Positions 24,151 through 36,711 of a stretch of 64,000 nucleotides of DNA are shown in pieces (the first letter of the stretch is position 1; every line of letters begins with the position of its first letter). The notes under the pieces are model-generated. The model searched no databases, was not told the origin of the DNA, and was given only the letters and a program-made list of their open reading frames with translations. The position numbers were made by a program, and so were the translations under genes. The stretch is from Octopus sinensis (Eukaryota): NCBI RefSeq assembly GCF_006345805.1, contig NC_042997.1, positions 108,066,001-108,130,000 on the forward strand. Direction: 5' to 3'.

Positions 24151-24338
24151 AGGGGAGGAGATGTTTAAAAAAGTGAAGAATAGTAAAGAGTTTGGGTGGA
24201 AGAGGAGGTTGGTGGTAGGGCGGGGATTTCAGTACAAGGTGGGGGGCAGGGATGGGAAGGAGAAACGAATCTGATAAGGATTCTGGGAGTAGTTCAGCTT
24301 TCTGAATCAAGTTGTGCGGAATCAGTTGAGATGGGAGA

Positions 24339-24375
<37 letters not shown>

Positions 24376-24408
24376 TGTGCGTGTGTGTGTGTGCGTGCGT
24401 GTGTGTGC

Positions 24409-24443
<35 letters not shown>

Positions 24444-24595
24444 TGTGTGTGTTCAGCTCATCAGGAGTGTTTTAGAGTGTTAGCCACCGTTGGCCCAAGA
24501 TCGTTTGGTAAACTGCCACACAATAACACCGCCAACTGGCAGACACAGACAAACAGACAGACAGACGGACGGACGGACAGAGAGAAGGACGGACG

Positions 24596-24630
<35 letters not shown>

Positions 24631-25017
24631 TAGTCAATGTCAGTAATCAGGTAATCAGGGCAACCAGTCAGGCGGTTCCACCCTAAAACAGTTTAGGAGG
24701 TGGGGGGAAGGGAAAGTTGGGCAAAGTAATTCAATAATGAATAAGGTAAATAGTTTCATGCAATAACAACAACATCAACAACAATAACAACGATGATGGT
24801 GACGTGGAGGAGGAGGAGGAGGAGGCATTTCTATTCATTCACTGCATGTGCTACAGAAACGTTTAAATTCAGTAACGAACTCCACAATTAATCAATGGAG
24901 ACAAAATATACTTAGATAAATCCATACCTGTATAGGTGTGGTGCGTAGGGAATGGAATGTGTGTGTGTGTATGTAAGTATCTATATATGTGTGTATGTAT
25001 GTGTGTATGTGTGTATG

Positions 25018-25048
<31 letters not shown>

Positions 25049-25107
25049 TATATATTATATATATATATATAGATATATATATATATATATAATATATATA
25101 TATATAG

Positions 25108-25138
<31 letters not shown>

Positions 25139-25689
25139 ATATATATATATATAGTTCAACTTTCACAGAATACAGACAGCAGATAAATTTAAAGGGGTAG
25201 AAAGGCATTATAAGTCCAACAAGTGTTTCCGGGGCTCGGTGATCCATTATAATGTAGATAGATTTTGTCCGTTACAAAATGTAGCCGTATGGATGCAATT
25301 AACATAGGATGAGACGAGCCTCCGTTATCAGAGTAGAGAAGATCTTACATTCCAGATCTTAATGCAGAGAAGTTCAAAGCTGGAATGATGTGGAGAGTTA
25401 AGTGTATTAGTGGGGGGAATTCGGAATATGGTATAAAGGCAGGGTATAATGAGAAAGAAAAGATAGTTCGAGAAGAGTGAAAGGTTAATAATGAAGCTAG
25501 CAAGGGAGTAGTAGTAGAGGTGGGGAGTAAGAAGGCGAATAGGAAGTTGGGCGTTGATAGTATATGAATGGTAGTCTATTGTGGAATTGTACTGGTGATG
25601 TCATCACTTGGTTCCACTCTCTACCTGGCTGTTAGGAAGACTAATTCACTTTCAGGATAATAACTGAACCTGCAACTCATCTACCGATT

Positions 25690-26760
25690 TCTTCTATATA
25701 GCCATGGGCTCATCTGACTCAGCCCACTTTACTGATCTAGTTGGCCTATTCCTTCTTTCGCAAATTAAACAACACTTCCCTAACCTCTTCGAGATGACAC
25801 ACTCTTTACAGGAACTGGATTAACTCGAACGTCTGTGGAACGCACCAGAAAAGCCCTTCACAAACATTTTAAAAACTAACTTGAGTATCTCGTTCGAAAA
25901 TGGCACTAAGGTGGCCAATTTCTTAGACGTTACCCTGGACTTAAATACAAATCACCCTTTCCATAAACTCAATCAATCTTTACAATACATCAATGTCCTA
26001 TCAAACCCCTCTAAACTTACCCATAATTGTATATTATCCCATTCATTTGGATACTCACCAGTCAACTCCTCTTTATTCACGTCTTTCTATTCAATTTCTT
26101 ACACCTCTGCATACCACTGTATTCCCCCTCCAATACCAACCAACAGTCATTACCCCACTAACCAATGCTATCTCGACCACCAACTCATCCCCACACTGTT
26201 CACCCGCTCTATCTTAGTAATCTCTCTCTCTCTCTCAGTCACTGAACTAGACACCGTATTTCCCTCAAATAACTGCCATCCCTTTTCTCATCATCTCAAC
26301 CAATAATTGTATTTTATTAATAATTTATTTTAAATGTATTTTATTTTATTAACAACCTTCACAAAAATTTAAATATAATAACCAACTCTGAAATCCATCA
26401 AACACCATGTGACTATAAAGAATGTAGAATCATTCAAAAGAAACGTATTCTACAAATAACCACTCCCCAACGGACCAAGAAATGTTTCCAACTTCAACAA
26501 GCAGTGCTGCTGTCGGATTTTACCCAAACAATCAGTTGTGAAAAACAGCTCATTGATGAACGTCATGGTATACTACTACCGCTACCAAGCGTAATTCAAA
26601 TTAATAACGGAGGAAAATTCCTCTTTGAATAATGTCATATTTATGCACCCTGAAGAGATGGTACTAATAATGCATAAATCGCTGCATATAAATATGCAAC
26701 AGTATGCAGTTAATGCGATCGAAATACGTGTCGGACAATTACTATGAATAAACCAACTAT
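25690..26760 (+). mobile_element. Decayed PLE: RT fragments and 3' end with a hammerhead-like motif
   Basis: FYIAMGSSDSAHFTDLVGL (RT motif B'), ERTRKALHKHF, NFLDVTLDL; CTGAAGA-GAT..ATC-GAAATACGTGTC at 26650-26732. Confidence 0.7.
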
Positions 26761-27248
26761 AAATAAACATGAAGTTTGAATGTTCAAATACATCTTTCAC
26801 CTTATCATTATCAATATTGTACTTTACATTCTAAGTAGCCAGGGAAAAAAATGTAATAGGAGGTAATGGAAATTTATCATAAAGCGTATGTCTGAAGGGA
26901 CCAGCCTTGGAATTTTACATAGAGAAATTCGGTACCTGCCTGGATATTATATCTCTTCTGTTACTATATATATAAATGTGTGTGTGTATGTGTGTATATG
27001 TATACACAAACACAAACACACATACACACACATAGTTAATTAAAAAATGGAGAAAAAAGACAAGAGGTAAAAAACAACGTGAGGACGTTGTACATTAATG
27101 AGGCGCTCAGAGAAAGAAAGAAAGAGTGGTTATTTTACATTTAGAGTAAAGCTCTTCTTCGGAAACAGGAGACAGAGGAAAGCCCAAAAGAAAAGGGAGA
27201 AGGAGGAAAAAATCGCCAACAGTTCACTTGTAGTTACATTTTTGCAAT

Positions 27249-27378
27249 GTTTCTCCAGCCACAGGTCCTGTTTCAGAGTTTTGGAAAGGAGATGTGTAAC
27301 ATCACTGGCCAGCCACGTCTGGCAACTAAGAGACGGTGGGATTCCATACTCTATCCCATGGAAAATTCTCTAAAACCC
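27249..27378 (+). mobile_element. Isolated PLE endonuclease fragment, inverted relative to 28321-28451
   Basis: SHRSCFRVLERRCVTSLASHVWQLRDGGIPYSIPWKIL vs KHRSYFRVLERRYITSPASHVWQLRDDGISYSISWKIL. Confidence 0.9.
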
Positions 27379-27949
27379 AGGCCTACACACCCATACACAC
27401 ACATACACACATACACGCACACACACATACATATATATATGAGTAACAAAGATGTACATATTACTCATTTATATTCTGTTCAGCTAACTTGGAATCTGCA
27501 CTTCGGAAATGTTATAGAAAGTACCTTTATAAAAATACATGCCTAAATTACTACGAGTGGATATCTTCACTTAGCTGGATTGCATTGTCTGCACACACGG
27601 CAGGAATATCAGGTACAAACACCACTGCACGGAGTCTTGATATTCAATATTCAATTAATGTTGTTTGGATGAGCGGATTATACCGATCTAGTAAGGTGCC
27701 TCGATTTAAGTACCTAATTCAACTGAATCTTATATATATACATGTGTGTGTATCTGTATAAATATGTACACACATACACAACACATACACTCTACATCAT
27801 ACAAGTCCACATCGAAGGATATCAAATAAAGAACCTGAAGAAATTGCACCAGTGTAATAGTAGGGTTGCAATTGCAATGGTTGCTGATCGGTGCAATTGA
27901 AACTTGTGTTGGTCTTTGTTAGGCGGTATATAAATTATATATATATATA

Positions 27950-30700
27950 AAATGGGGAAGGCCGGTTTATGGGATTACCGTAGGTTTCCCGTCCATAAAG
28001 GGCTTAGCATTATGGCGTATCGTCTGATCCCAAAAACCTGTTGGCCCAAGACCTTTTAAAAATATGGAGGAGGAAATGCCTCACTACGCATAGGTAACAA
28101 TTGGGGATTATCTCCCTTTGCTACCAGCTGTCGACTTCCGGCTGTACCGCCATCTTATAGTCCCCCAAAAGTTAGCAAGAACCTCCTGAAATGTGAACAT
28201 GGTCCCAAAATCTCCGTTCTGCAGTTAAAGATGTTCCTTGGTTCGAGTGAGTCCTTTAGGATTTTCATGGGTTCGGCTATGCATAACTTGCACCGCTTCG
28301 TCCCGTTGATACAGGGGTCTGGGTTTTCGAGGATTTTCCATGAGATCGAGTATGAAATCCCATCGTCTCTTAGTTGCCAGACGTGGCTGGCCGGTGATGT
28401 TATGTATCTCCTTTCCAGAACTCTGAAGTAAGACCTGTGCTTGGAGAGACGTTGCTTGAAAGAGTTCCCCGAACATCCAATGTATCTCCATGGGCGTGCG
28501 TTGTCAGTGCTGTATGTGTATCTGCTGGCGTTGCTGCTGTCTCCGACATCGTTACTGTTGGAGCTGGGACTGCTGGAGATGGTGGTGGCGGTGGTAATGA
28601 TATCGCCACTGCTGGTTGTGGTGAAGGCGCTGTTGTTGTTATTGTGGTCCTCGTCGTTGGTGGGAGAGTCGCCATTGCTATTAGAGGTGTCATTAGCTGT
28701 GGTTCCACTGGTGTTTCTGCTAGGGACACTGTCGCTGCTGCTGTTGTTGTCATTGCTGCTGCTATTACCGTTATTGCTGGCGGCGGCACTGGACCTGTTG
28801 CTGCTGCTATACAGGTTGTCAGGTCTGCTGCTGTGGACGTTAGGGAAGCTGTGGGTAATGTTGCTGCTGTTGTTAAGCAACAAGACGGGTAAGGCTGATT
28901 AGGTGATGGTCTAGGGCTTAGGGGCGGGAGACCCCAGACCTTGGGAAAAAAACTTTGGTCGTCTTGTTGTAGCCGAGGACTCTTCGTTGACGCCCGACAC
29001 CACTGGGAGGTGGCCCCCGAAGTCGCTGGAAATGGAGATCTCCAGGTCCAAATTGTTGGACGGCTGCTGCTGCTGCTGATGGCGATGTTGCTGTTGTAAT
29101 TACTGTTGTCGGTTTCCGTCGAGGGGACTGCCAAGGATGTCGCTAGTGCTGTTATTGTTATATTTGCTAATGTTAACGGTGGCGATGGTGGCGGTGTTGC
29201 TGGTTCTTTCTCGCATCTACTGCTGCTACTGCTTGTAGCGGTGGTATTGCCAGGGTCTGCTAGTTCTTCGGCTTCATAGATGACCCCTTTGGTTTCGCAG
29301 TGGCCTCCCACCGGGTGTCTGTTGCGGTCCCTGCATGAACATCCTGCCTCTTCCTGTAGCCTAGAGGCGGTAACTAGGATGCTCTTCATATTGGGGGGTT
29401 ACGGCATGTAGGAGATGTGGTCCCTAAATCCACTGGCAGCTAGGGCCTCGTTATAGTATGGGGCCGCTGCGTCGAAAACCTCTTGGCTGGAGGAAAGGTT
29501 CGTGATCTTCTTACAAACACTTTTCACCAGGCTTTTGAACACAATGAGTAGGTGGCAGGGGGCTATGTTGATATACGTTAGCCTCTCGTTTGGTTTGCGG
29601 TAGGGTCTGTATGTACGAGAGTCCAAGTCGAGCGTGACGTCTAAGAAGCCTGCAGTTGTGAGGTTGGTCTCTATGATGATTTTCCATTTCTCCTACAGAG
29701 ATGGCCTGGGCGTCATCTCTGTAGAGGCGAAAGAGGACAGAGAGAAACATTTTCCTAAGGGTATCGGAGATTTACAACCCGATGAGGTCGCATACGTCAG
29801 TGCTGTCGAAGGCTCCCATCGCTACGTGAAAGGAGCCCGTGGGGTCGGATTGCTTGGCTCATGCCGAACCTTTGTTGAACAGCACTGTCTTTCAGGTATG
29901 CTTAATGACTTCTATATCTGTGTCGCTAACGTCAGTGAAGCCCCCTAGCAAAAGAAAGCGCCTCGGCCAGTTGTCCTTTTGATATAGACGGGTAAATGTC
30001 AACTATATCAAACTGGGAGAACCTTGCTCTGCCTCTTCCCTTGTTAGTGTTAAACCATGTGGTCACTTCGTTGGTGGTGCGCCACAGGGAAAGGCTGGCG
30101 GCCCTCCTTATGTCGTTATTGATATTTCTGAATATGTGCTTGCTCGCCAGACTAATCTCGGATTTGGCAGGATTGATCAGGTGGCATTTAGGGTTTGAGG
30201 CAAAGTTCAGTTTATGACTTTTATGGTAATGAAGGCGTTTCTTTTAGCTAGGATCTTTATCCTATCAGCTATCTCTAGTTCGTTAGCTAATTTTTTGGTT
30301 TCATTGTTGATGTTGTTATGTGTGTAGGAAATGCGCCTGTAAATTTGTGTGATATTATTTTCTAGTAGTTTATCGTAATCTAGGGTGTCTATCCTATATA
30401 GTTTTTTCGTCTTATTAGAGAAGGTTAGGGACTTACCTGAGTTTTTTTAACAATCTAATGTCGGTCCGGAAGCTTGTATTGGAAGAAGCAAAAGGACTTT
30501 CAGAATTTCAGCTTGGGAACGATGCCCAATAAGCCCACCTCGAAGGGTTCGAGGTCCTTGATTTTCTGTAGATATTTCCTCGGTCTGATTCCATAGTTGT
30601 TGTCCTGCACGATACATCTCACGGATGCTTTGGGGTGCACCATCTGTGACGTTTCGAGCTCTTAGTTGGCTTTGACTCCTTCAACATCTGTCCCCTTCTT
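27950..30700 (-). mobile_element. PLE, near full length, inactivated
   Basis: N-terminus NYGIRPRK..ELEPFE-like (putative ATG 30643), LINPAKSEI, FDIVDIYPSI, MGAFDSTDVCDLIGL, LYRDD, FLDVTLDL, YNEALAASGF, CSCRDRNR..GGHCETKGVIY, YIGCSGNSFKQR..H, CKLCIAE, CSH; ORF ends 28155; stops, frameshifts and internal deletions. Confidence 0.92.
27971..28031 (-). ncRNA. Type I hammerhead-like motif with variant core, 3' of the PLE ORF
   Basis: Stem I GGGAT/ATCCC; core CAGACGA plus an extra base; stem II CG-CCATAA/TTATGG-A-CG; GAA; stem III ACC-TAC-GGT; GUA site. Confidence 0.6.
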
Positions 30701-31719
30701 CCATTTGACCTGCTCGGGGTTAATCAGGTCACAGCTTGCTTCCCAGTAGCAGCAAAATACCGTTTTACACTCTGCAGCTTCGGTGATAGAACTTAGCACA
30801 CTTCTGTTTGGTGCTTCAGTAACTCCAACCCCAATTAAAGGTTGCAGTGTGAATGCCCCAGCAATCTACTTCGATTACCCCGCAACGGGCCTGCCAATTT
30901 TGGCTTCAGTATTACTCTACCAGCTCCCGGTATTAAGCAAGCTTCCTCTCATCGCTCTCCTCCATGCATTCTTCCCAGAGCACAGACAGTTCCCGCACGA
31001 TTACCAGCTGGGTGGAATCTGAGGCTATGGAAACAAGGCATTCGCATAATCTGTGATGAAGTGAAGATATAGGAAATATTCCTGCCCCTAAATTTCATAT
31101 GGAGGTCATAAGCTTCACTGAAACACCTAAAACAATAACGTGATTAAAACATTTCTGATCCAGCTCTGCGATTCTCTTTTTTCTATTTGTACTCTGTAAC
31201 CTTTAACCGCCAGAAAGAGAAAAAGAAAGAACTTTGACTGGACTCTCTCTTTCGATGTAAAGAAGTAGCTAAAGCCTGGAGTTTTAAATACTGGTCGTAT
31301 ATTGTGCAATTTAACTGGCACTATAAAAACACACTCACACACTCACACACACACACATTAATGTGCTACTCCGACAATGGTAGGATCACCAAGAAAGTAC
31401 TCACTCGAATGATATATATATATATATATATATAACAATTAAATTTGAGCTATTATAAGTTTCATGCACTGATAGTGCAATAGTCGGATTCGCTTGTAAA
31501 GCGTGTCGTGTGCTATTCTGCAATCTTTCAAGGCTCAAAATAAAACATTTTGAGACTGAAAGATTGCAATGGTGTAAAAATAGGTAAATTTAAAATCTAC
31601 GGCGTTGTGACTTGAATAATGTCGCGTAAAGTTCAGATTATAGAGCCGTAAAAGATAAAATGTTTAACCGATAGAGATAAAAAAAAAATTAGTCAGTTTG
31701 TAGAAAGACTTAGATGAAA

Positions 31720-32300
31720 ATTCCAAGGTAAAAATTTAGTAGCGTGTCAGCAGACTGTTTCATTGACTGCATAGGAATTTTGGAATAAAATGAAAGGTGT
31801 CTCCTTTGCACACAGCTTCCAACAAATTTAAACGATAAGAACCATACTAGTAGCAGGCTGAAAGATGTAAAATTTCCCATTTTATTTAAACTCAAATAGA
31901 CTCGATTCTTTTATGGACCAAACGTACTTGGACAAACTTGTCCCTAATCGTTTCGTAGGGAATTTGAAGGAGTGATTGTGGTGATGGTTTGAATTTGGTT
32001 TCGATCAATCCATTAAAAACTTTTAACACAATATCGTTGCCTGCTTATACGCTAACACAGAAATTCGGTTGTCCAGAGCAATAAAATTAGAAAGAGATAT
32101 CGTATTATTGCTGTTTTGGAATTTTTTTAGCATTTAAACAGTTAAAAGAACAATTCTTATAAAAAAATAGCTAACTTTGGCTTTGCTTCTGTTAAAAATG
32201 TTTATGATTCCACAGGAAGTAAAAATAAATTGAAAATAGAAATTTATTGGTGATAATTGTTCTTCCATTTAAACTGAAAGTCAGATTATCCCACATGTTA
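31720..32300 (-). mobile_element. Highly decayed PLE endonuclease remnant
   Basis: GLIETKFK and TSLSKYVWSIKE resemble the endonuclease motifs of the other PLEs here. Confidence 0.4.
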
Positions 32301-33083
32301 TTTCCACATGTTATCCTACATGTTATTTCCGGGTCTTTGTACTTTGAAGGATTTCAGAGGTGTCATCGATTTTCGCTGAAAAAACTGCCATGATATAATT
32401 ATAACACCGAAAATTATTTTCGTTGAAGAAAAGAGAAGGGATGCCCTTATTAATATTAGACATTATATTTCGTTGAGTTATGGGTGACTGATAGCATTTC
32501 ACAATGATATAAAACAATTTCTGCTTAATATTTATCTATCTAATGTCTTTATTGTTGTTTCATTTATCTTATTTTACAAATTTTTCTTCGATAGGAACCT
32601 CGCCGACCAATCTTACCGCTTTTCACTTCTTCCCCCATTTCTATCTCTCTACCCTTCTCCATAATCACTCTAAACCCATTCTTTTTTTCACTTATTTTCA
32701 TTTTCATTATTTTTATACTCTTTTGTGTTACATGATCAAACAATACGAATCTTCATTTCAGTAATGTCATCCAATCTAAGCTCGTCTTTGTTATTCGAAT
32801 ATTTTCACTCCATCTTTTATGTTTTGTTTTCCAGTATCGTTCAAAGATCGGAACTAAATTTTACCACATTGCTTCTCTGGGTAAAGCAATTTAAACTCAA
32901 GGAACTGATTGCTCCCCGCCGCAGCAAAACACAGTGGAGGGCGATATTTACAAAGGACTTGACTGACATTTGCATCTGTCACGCTGGCGATAATAGCCAT
33001 TCAGCATAATATGAGAAGCCAGCGAACCGTGGATACTGAATGACTGTACGGAGGGAGTTTTCTCCTTTCTTCATATCAAACAG

Positions 33084-33348
33084 ACTTGGCTACCTGCTTA
33101 CCTGTGTCTTACCTGGCTACCGACTTACCTGTATTTTGCCTGACTACCGACTTACCTGTGTCTTACCTGGCTACCGACTTGACTGTTTTACTTGGTTGCA
33201 AGCTTACTTGTGACTCACCTGGTTACTGGCTTATCTGTGTCTTAACTGGCTACTGGTTCACTCGTGTCTAACCTGGTTACCGGTTTATCTGTGTCTTACC
33301 TGCTTACTAGCTCACCCGAGTCTAACCTGTTCCACTGGCTTACCTGCA
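33084..33348. repeat. 27-bp minisatellite built from CTTACCTG subunits
   Basis: Unit CTTACCTGTGTCTTACCTGGCTACCGA; exact CTTACCTG at 33097, 33108, 33124, 33151, 33162, 33295 and 33339. Confidence 0.85.
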
Positions 33349-33799
33349 GTTATACAGAAAGCCCTTCGTAGCAGCATCTATACGTGTGTACAACTTGTGG
33401 CGAACTAGCAATGTTCTTCCTCACACCATTTGCATTGTCAGGAGACGGAGGTTAAAAAACTTCAACCCGCCCCTCGGTAAAGGTCGTTCTACCTGCCCCT
33501 TTTGGAGATAACCCGGTACATAATTGTTTACAATTTATATTGATCTCCTCTTCAATGAAAAGGGGAGGGAGAATCCCCGGACACCTTGGCACAGTTACAT
33601 ATTCAGTAAGACTTTGTAGTTATCTTAATGGACCCTAGAAGCTGACTGGTACATGATTTGACGAACTTGGCTGGATTCAGGGTAAAGTTGGCTTCAGCGA
33701 GATTTGAACCCAGAAAGTTTAAGATCGCAAATAACTGGGTAAAAAATTATTTTTTTCACTTACGTGAAATGAATGAAATGAAGAAATGACCTTAGTGAG

Positions 33800-34167
33800 A
33801 GTCGATCAGAAGTAGAACACGTGTTGTATATGAGTAGAGTGACCTGTCGTGTTAGCGCTTTGTGACTGATTAACTAGAACCTGGTGCGGACAACGATGTA
33901 GGGTGAAAATAGCCGAAGCAATGTAGAGTAGATGCCGTATGAGAGACTGGAATGGGAGTCGTCCTGTAGGGTAATGGGTAGGGTAGAAGCTTGGTAAGCG
34001 ACAGTTAGATGGTTCAAATCGTGTCAACGGACCTGTTGTTATTTTCTATCTCCAATGGGCGATAAATTGTCAAGTGACATCTTAGTGGTTCCATGATTGA
34101 AGACTTTGAAGAAATAAAGCGAATAGCGACTGTGTCGCGGCAGTTGTTATATTTGGATTTTAATCTC
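33800..34167 (-). mobile_element. Possible decayed PLE RT fragment cut by the gap
   Basis: IRFISSKSSIMEPLRCHLTIYRPL loosely matches the RPIVSxxGS..LxPL motif of PLE RT. Confidence 0.3.
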
Positions 34168-34267
34168 NNNNNNNNNNNNNNNNNNNNNNNNNNNNNNNNN
34201 NNNNNNNNNNNNNNNNNNNNNNNNNNNNNNNNNNNNNNNNNNNNNNNNNNNNNNNNNNNNNNNNNNN
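34168..34267. other. Assembly gap (100 N)
   Basis: Run of N. Confidence 1.
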
Positions 34268-35102
34268 CATGGCATAATAAATGCTTGTTACAATGCATGG
34301 GTATATTTTGGTGAATGTGTCAATTATGAACGTATATCTAAACGAGCGTGTATTATATGTATGCATGTATGTATGTGTGTATGTATGTATGTATGTATGT
34401 ATGCATGCATGTATCTATATGTGTGAGTGTGTGTGTGTGTGTGTTGTGTGTGTGTGTGTGCGTGCGTGCGTGCATGTAGGCATGCATGTGTGTATGTACA
34501 CCAACTTTTAAAAGCGAAAATAAGATTCGTTGTGAACGAATGAGTGAAGGTATCGCATAACATATTACTTGGCAGCAGCGGCAGCGGCAGCGGTGGTCTC
34601 TCTCTCTCTCTCTCTCATTCCACACACACACACACACACACACACACGCATTCACTCACTGTTTCTGCTTTCATTTCTCCCTCACCTCTCTCCCTCCCTC
34701 TCTCTCTCTGCCTCCCTTCCTTCCCTACACGCATCTGTCTATCATTTCTTTCCACGCACTCTCTTCTTCAATCTCTCACTTCCTCTCTTTGCCCCTCTCT
34801 TTCTCTGTCCCCTCCCCCCTCTCTCTCTCTCTATTCAATCTTTACCATTCACACCATTCCATCAGGACCATTTCGCTGGTTGTTGCAGTATCCACAATAC
34901 ATCTCCTCTTCACTGCATCCTATCTCATGTCAACCGCCGTCGCCGTCGACGCCGCCGCCACCACCGCCGCCTCTGTCGCGCACTTTCTGCCAGTGGAATT
35001 AATGGTCTGGCATTTTTTTCCTACACTTTAACCAATTCCTTCCGAAGCATCATCACAACCATTACTATTATTATTATCATTATTATTATTATTATTGAAA
35101 CC

Positions 35103-35149
35103 ATGTCTGGACTGAAAAAGCGACTGAGTGGATGCTTTGCCTGTGAGAG
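35103..35149 (+). CDS. Candidate first coding exon of an unidentified host gene (MSGLKKRLSGCFACE-R)
   Basis: AACCATGT start context, GAG|GTTCGT donor (phase 2), CpG/GCC-rich non-TE upstream region 34550-35100; no partner exon found. Confidence 0.35.
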
Positions 35150-35433
35150 GTTCGTACAATTTTCTTTTACAGATTTCTTCGTTGTTCCCGTCTTCCAAAT
35201 CTCTTTGACAGCTTTTGCGTATTTTTCTATCATTTATTTATTTTTCCATTTTCTTGTTGTTGTTGTTGTTAGCAGAGCACCTTCGATTAAACATTATTAC
35301 TGTTATAATAATGTTCGGTTTCGTTACTTGCTTAAATTATATATTTACTTGTTTTCCGGATGTATTTCCATTTCTTCACTGAACCAAACAAAACGCAGTC
35401 TTCGACACGGCCCACACAGTTTCTTTTTCTATT

Positions 35434-35481
<48 letters not shown>

Positions 35482-36163
35482 TTCCTTTCTTTTCTTTCTT
35501 CTTTCTTTCTTTCTTCTTCATTACGTTCATTTCTCCTTTCTTCTTTCTTTCTTCATTCTCTCTGATTCTTTCGCTCTTTTTATCGTTTTCCTTCTTTCTT
35601 CCACACCACACATGCATTTTCAATGTCGTAAATATGAATCTTACATACATTTATGTGTGTGTGTGTGTATATATCTATATATATATATATATTGCATATC
35701 AACGGTGTCCCTTTATGTGCATGTATGTATGTATGCATGCATATGTACAAGAATCTACATACATATATCAACACTAATCAATCGTACACGAATGTGTACA
35801 TGTTTCCAGTTATCTATATATCTATCTGCCTATTACTAGATATGTGTGCGTGTGGGTGTATAACGAATAACTTTACATGTGTGCCTGTGTGTGTGTGTGT
35901 GTGCGCGCGCGCGCGCGTGCGTGTATATATTAAACATACATACAAATGCACACCCATATATCCTTTCATACCCACATAAATGCACAAAGATATATACACA
36001 AACAAATATACTAGCTTATATGGGGAGGTGTATTTGTGTATGTGTAAATATATATATCTATAACTATGTATATATATATATATATATATGTGTGTGTACA
36101 TGTATATGTATATATATATATATGTGTGTGTGTATATATACATGTGTATATATATTATGTGTA

Positions 36164-36208
<45 letters not shown>

Positions 36209-36464
36209 ATATATATGTGTGTATATATATGCATATATTTATGTATATATGTATATATATGTATATATATATATATGTAAATATATATATATGTCTATAT
36301 GTACATATATGTATATATACGTATATATATATATATGTTTATATATATGTGTATATATATATATATATGTGTGTGTGTGTAGCATGTGTATGTACGTGCA
36401 AGTGTGAGAGCACGTGTATGAGTACGTATGTGTACAAATACAACACCATACATCATAATATATA

Positions 36465-36495
<31 letters not shown>

Positions 36496-36529
36496 ATAAA
36501 TCAAATATAAAATATAAAATATAAATTAC

Positions 36530-36650
36530 AAAGTGGGACAAGAACGCAAAAACACACAGAGACGACACAAAAAAAAAAAAAACAGACGGGTCACTCGAAG
36601 CCTCTAATCTTCAGTCGGAACCGGATCATCTTTGCAATTTCGGCTGTTTA
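36530..36650 (-). mobile_element. PLE pLTR-like fragment between (TA)n tracts
   Basis: Minus strand CTGAAGA-TTAGAGGCTTC-GAGTGAC, a decayed hammerhead-like core; (TA)n flanks. Confidence 0.45.
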
Positions 36651-36652
36651 TC

Positions 36653-36711
<59 letters not shown>

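Noticed and set aside
28437-28902. Two plus-strand ORFs antisense to the PLE insert
   Set aside because: By-product of the CTG/GTT triplet composition; no domain features.
28935-28955. T7 run as a programmed -1 frameshift site joining the split endonuclease halves
   Set aside because: The -1 frame hits stops (including TAA at 28901-28899) before the endonuclease frame opens.
30430-30445. Perfect CAG|GTAAGT donor on the minus strand suggesting a host exon at 30440-30780
   Set aside because: The sequence on both sides translates as the continuous PLE N-terminus (NYGI..EPFE..FQYKL..NKTKKLY), so the donor is probably incidental.
30640-30700. Hammerhead upstream of the minus-strand PLE ORF (TTGAAG-GAG..CTC-GAAACGTC)
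   Set aside because: The core has lost C3 and A9; plausible relic but not callable.
33084-33348. CRISPR-like or coding repeat
   Set aside because: Eukaryotic context, no unique spacers, and frames are interrupted by stops.
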